From NCBI GenBank assembly GCA_041690295.1, contig JAWLHR010000003.1:32001-96000 (forward strand): a stretch of DNA of 64,000 bases. Direction: 5' to 3'. The translations under genes and the position numbers were made by a program. Origin of the DNA: Bdellovibrionales bacterium (lineage in GTDB: Bacteria; Bdellovibrionota; Bdellovibrionia; Bdellovibrionales; UBA1609). Of this stretch, positions 62,344 through 64,000 are shown in pieces. Under the pieces are notes generated by a model that saw only the letters and a program-made list of their open reading frames with translations, was not told where the DNA came from and did no database searches. Position 1 is the first letter of the stretch, and every line of letters begins with the position of its first letter.

Positions 62344-63732
62344 TCACACCCCTGTGATATTGTGGATTCGGCTCTCCAAATCCTCGATATCACGTTTGAT
62401 TTCTGAATCTTTATTCAGTTGATCTTCAATTCGACGCAAGGCGTTCATTACCGTGGTGTGGTCCTTTCCACCGAAGGATCGCCCGATGTCCACCAGGGAT
62501 TTATCGAGGTGTTTCTTCACCAGGTACATGGCCACTTGACGCGCAACCACCAAAGGTTTTGTACGTGTCTTGGATTTCAAATCGGGAATCCGAACTTTGT
62601 AGTGATCGGCGACAAGCTTTTGAATGTCGTCGATGGTGATCGTGGCGACGTCGTCATGGGTGGAGAGCACCCGCTTCACCAAGTCGAGATCGATGGGCAC
62701 GCCCTGAAGTTCGGAGAACATTTTGATCTTATTCAAGTTCCCTTCAAGTTCCCGAATGGATCGCTTGGAAATGCGGGCCACATAGGCCACGACGTCATTA
62801 CTCAAATAAATATTCTTACGCTCGGCTTTGTACTTAAGAATCGCCACCCGTGTCTCGATATCGGGCATTTGGATGTCGGCGATTAAGCCCCATTCCAGCC
62901 GGGTACGGATGCGATCTTCCAAACCTTTAATGTCTTTGGGCATACGGTCGGAGGCCACAATGACTTGTTGATCCTTCTCGAAGAAGTCGTTGAGCGTATG
63001 GAAGAATTCCTCTTGAACCGCTTCACCACGCCCCAAAATTTGGATGTCGTCCATCAGCAACACGTCACATTGGTGACGGTATCGCTGCCGAAATCGATCC
63101 ATTTCATTGCGCCGAATGCTCGAAATACATTCATTGAGAAAACGCTCCGCCGAGACGTAAAGAATGCGGGAATGTGGGTAATGCTCCCGGATGTGGTTTC
63201 CTACGGCGTTAAGGAGGTGTGTCTTCCCCATCCCCGTCGGACCGCAGATGAAAAGCGGGTTGTAGTTTTCCTGACCGGGTCTTTGCGCAATGCTGAAGGA
63301 TGCGGCATGTGCGAATTCATTATTCCGGCCGACCACGAAGGTGGAAAATGTATAGTCCGCATTGAGCATGTCCCGGTGGGATCCTGAACTCGAACCCGAC
63401 ACACCTGAATCTATAACCGGAACCGTGATTTCGGGTTCCGGCGTGGAATCCGGCGTCGTCGAGGCTCCTTGGCCGGTGACGACCAGCTCGATCTGAAAGG
63501 GATTCTGATAAAGCGCTGAAATTTCCGAGCAGATTCTCTCGAGTAAATTTTGCGAGATCCAAAATTTGTGCAATTCCGTGGGTACACCGAGAGTGAAACA
63601 ACGTCCGGAACTACGGTCCTCCACACTCACCAGAGAGGTGGGCTCAAACCACATCTGCAAAGGCTTATTATTTTGATTCTTCGCCTTTAAGCTGGATTTA
63701 ATTTGATGCCAGAATTCCTGCTGAGAATTCAC
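62344..63732 (-). CDS. dnaA: Chromosomal replication initiator
   Basis: YTFSTFVVG, GPTGMGKTHLL, QEEFFHTLN, RELEG and FGGKDHTTV; GTG start. Confidence 0.99.
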   Translation of the reverse strand: MNSQQEFWHQIKSSLKAKNQNNKPLQMWFEPTSLVSVEDRSSGRCFTLGVPTELHKFWISQNLLERICSEISALYQNPFQIELVVTGQGASTTPDSTPEPEITVPVIDSGVSGSSSGSHRDMLNADYTFSTFVVGRNNEFAHAASFSIAQRPGQENYNPLFICGPTGMGKTHLLNAVGNHIREHYPHSRILYVSAERFLNECISSIRRNEMDRFRQRYRHQCDVLLMDDIQILGRGEAVQEEFFHTLNDFFEKDQQVIVASDRMPKDIKGLEDRIRTRLEWGLIADIQMPDIETRVAILKYKAERKNIYLSNDVVAYVARISKRSIRELEGNLNKIKMFSELQGVPIDLDLVKRVLSTHDDVATITIDDIQKLVADHYKVRIPDLKSKTRTKPLVVARQVAMYLVKKHLDKSLVDIGRSFGGKDHTTVMNALRRIEDQLNKDSEIKRDIEDLESRIHNITGV

Positions 63733-63753
63733 TCGATGCCCCCACCTGAATTT

Positions 63754-63762
63754 TGTGGATAA
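63754..63762. promoter_or_regulatory. Perfect DnaA box in the dnaA promoter region (likely autoregulation)
   Basis: TGTGGATAA 21 bp upstream of the dnaA start. Confidence 0.75.
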
Positions 63763-63944
63763 GAGTTCAACTAGGTAGCATTGGTGGAAAAAACTTTCAA
63801 TGATTTGAAAGGTCTAGACGGTCGTGATGAAGTTTGGGGCAGTGCCAAAATATCCAGCAATTGAGTCAAGCTGTTAACTTGACTCGAAAATTGGCCTTGT
63901 GCTTTATTGGCGCGTCAGGTCGTTAACTCAATGGAGTCCGCATA

Positions 63945-64000
63945 ATGTCTAAACGTACGTATCAGCCGAGCCGTCGCCGGCGTAAAAAAACCCATGGTTT
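63945..64000 (+). CDS. rpmH: 50S ribosomal protein L34 (5' part, truncated by the window)
   Basis: MSKRTYQPSRRRRKKTHGF, divergent from dnaA, SD GGAG. Confidence 0.95.
   Translation, partial: MSKRTYQPSRRRRKKTHG

Overview
This is the chromosomal origin region of a Bdellovibrionota (Bdellovibrio-like predator) bacterium. The assignment is inferred from gene order and from close resemblance to proteins I recall from B. bacteriovorus HD100. Reading right to left: rpmH (partial), dnaA, oriC (DnaA boxes plus DnaA-trios), dnaN-recF-gyrB-gyrA-TPR-atpZ/I/B/E, pgm/pdxA/three parvulins/etfAB, sdhCAB, a subtilisin-CUB protease, an FHA protein and hydrolase, rpsF-DUF2232-rplI, dnaB/fis/queE, ftsK, dapAB, tal, a lytic transglycosylase, a 64-aa bacterial histone, ligA, gatCAB, ppx, a LysM lipoprotein, PilZ, rho-prfA-prmC-murA, a GYF-TPR protein, serS and tRNA-Ser(TGA). 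Beyond the tRNA lies an accessory-looking edge with a structured tRNA-linked palindrome, a frameshifted Sel1-like gene and a trypsin-LprI fusion. The standout is the histone-fold gene at 21339-21533 (Bd0055/HBb type). Other notable signals are a second DnaA-box cluster about 22.5 kb from oriC, a CTG start on recF, a recurring GTCTCA-N3-TGAGAC motif, a Fis homologue next to dnaB, and F0 ATP synthase genes coupled to the gyrase genes. I saw no rRNA, CRISPR, transposase or integrase. All calls were made by eye, without database searches.
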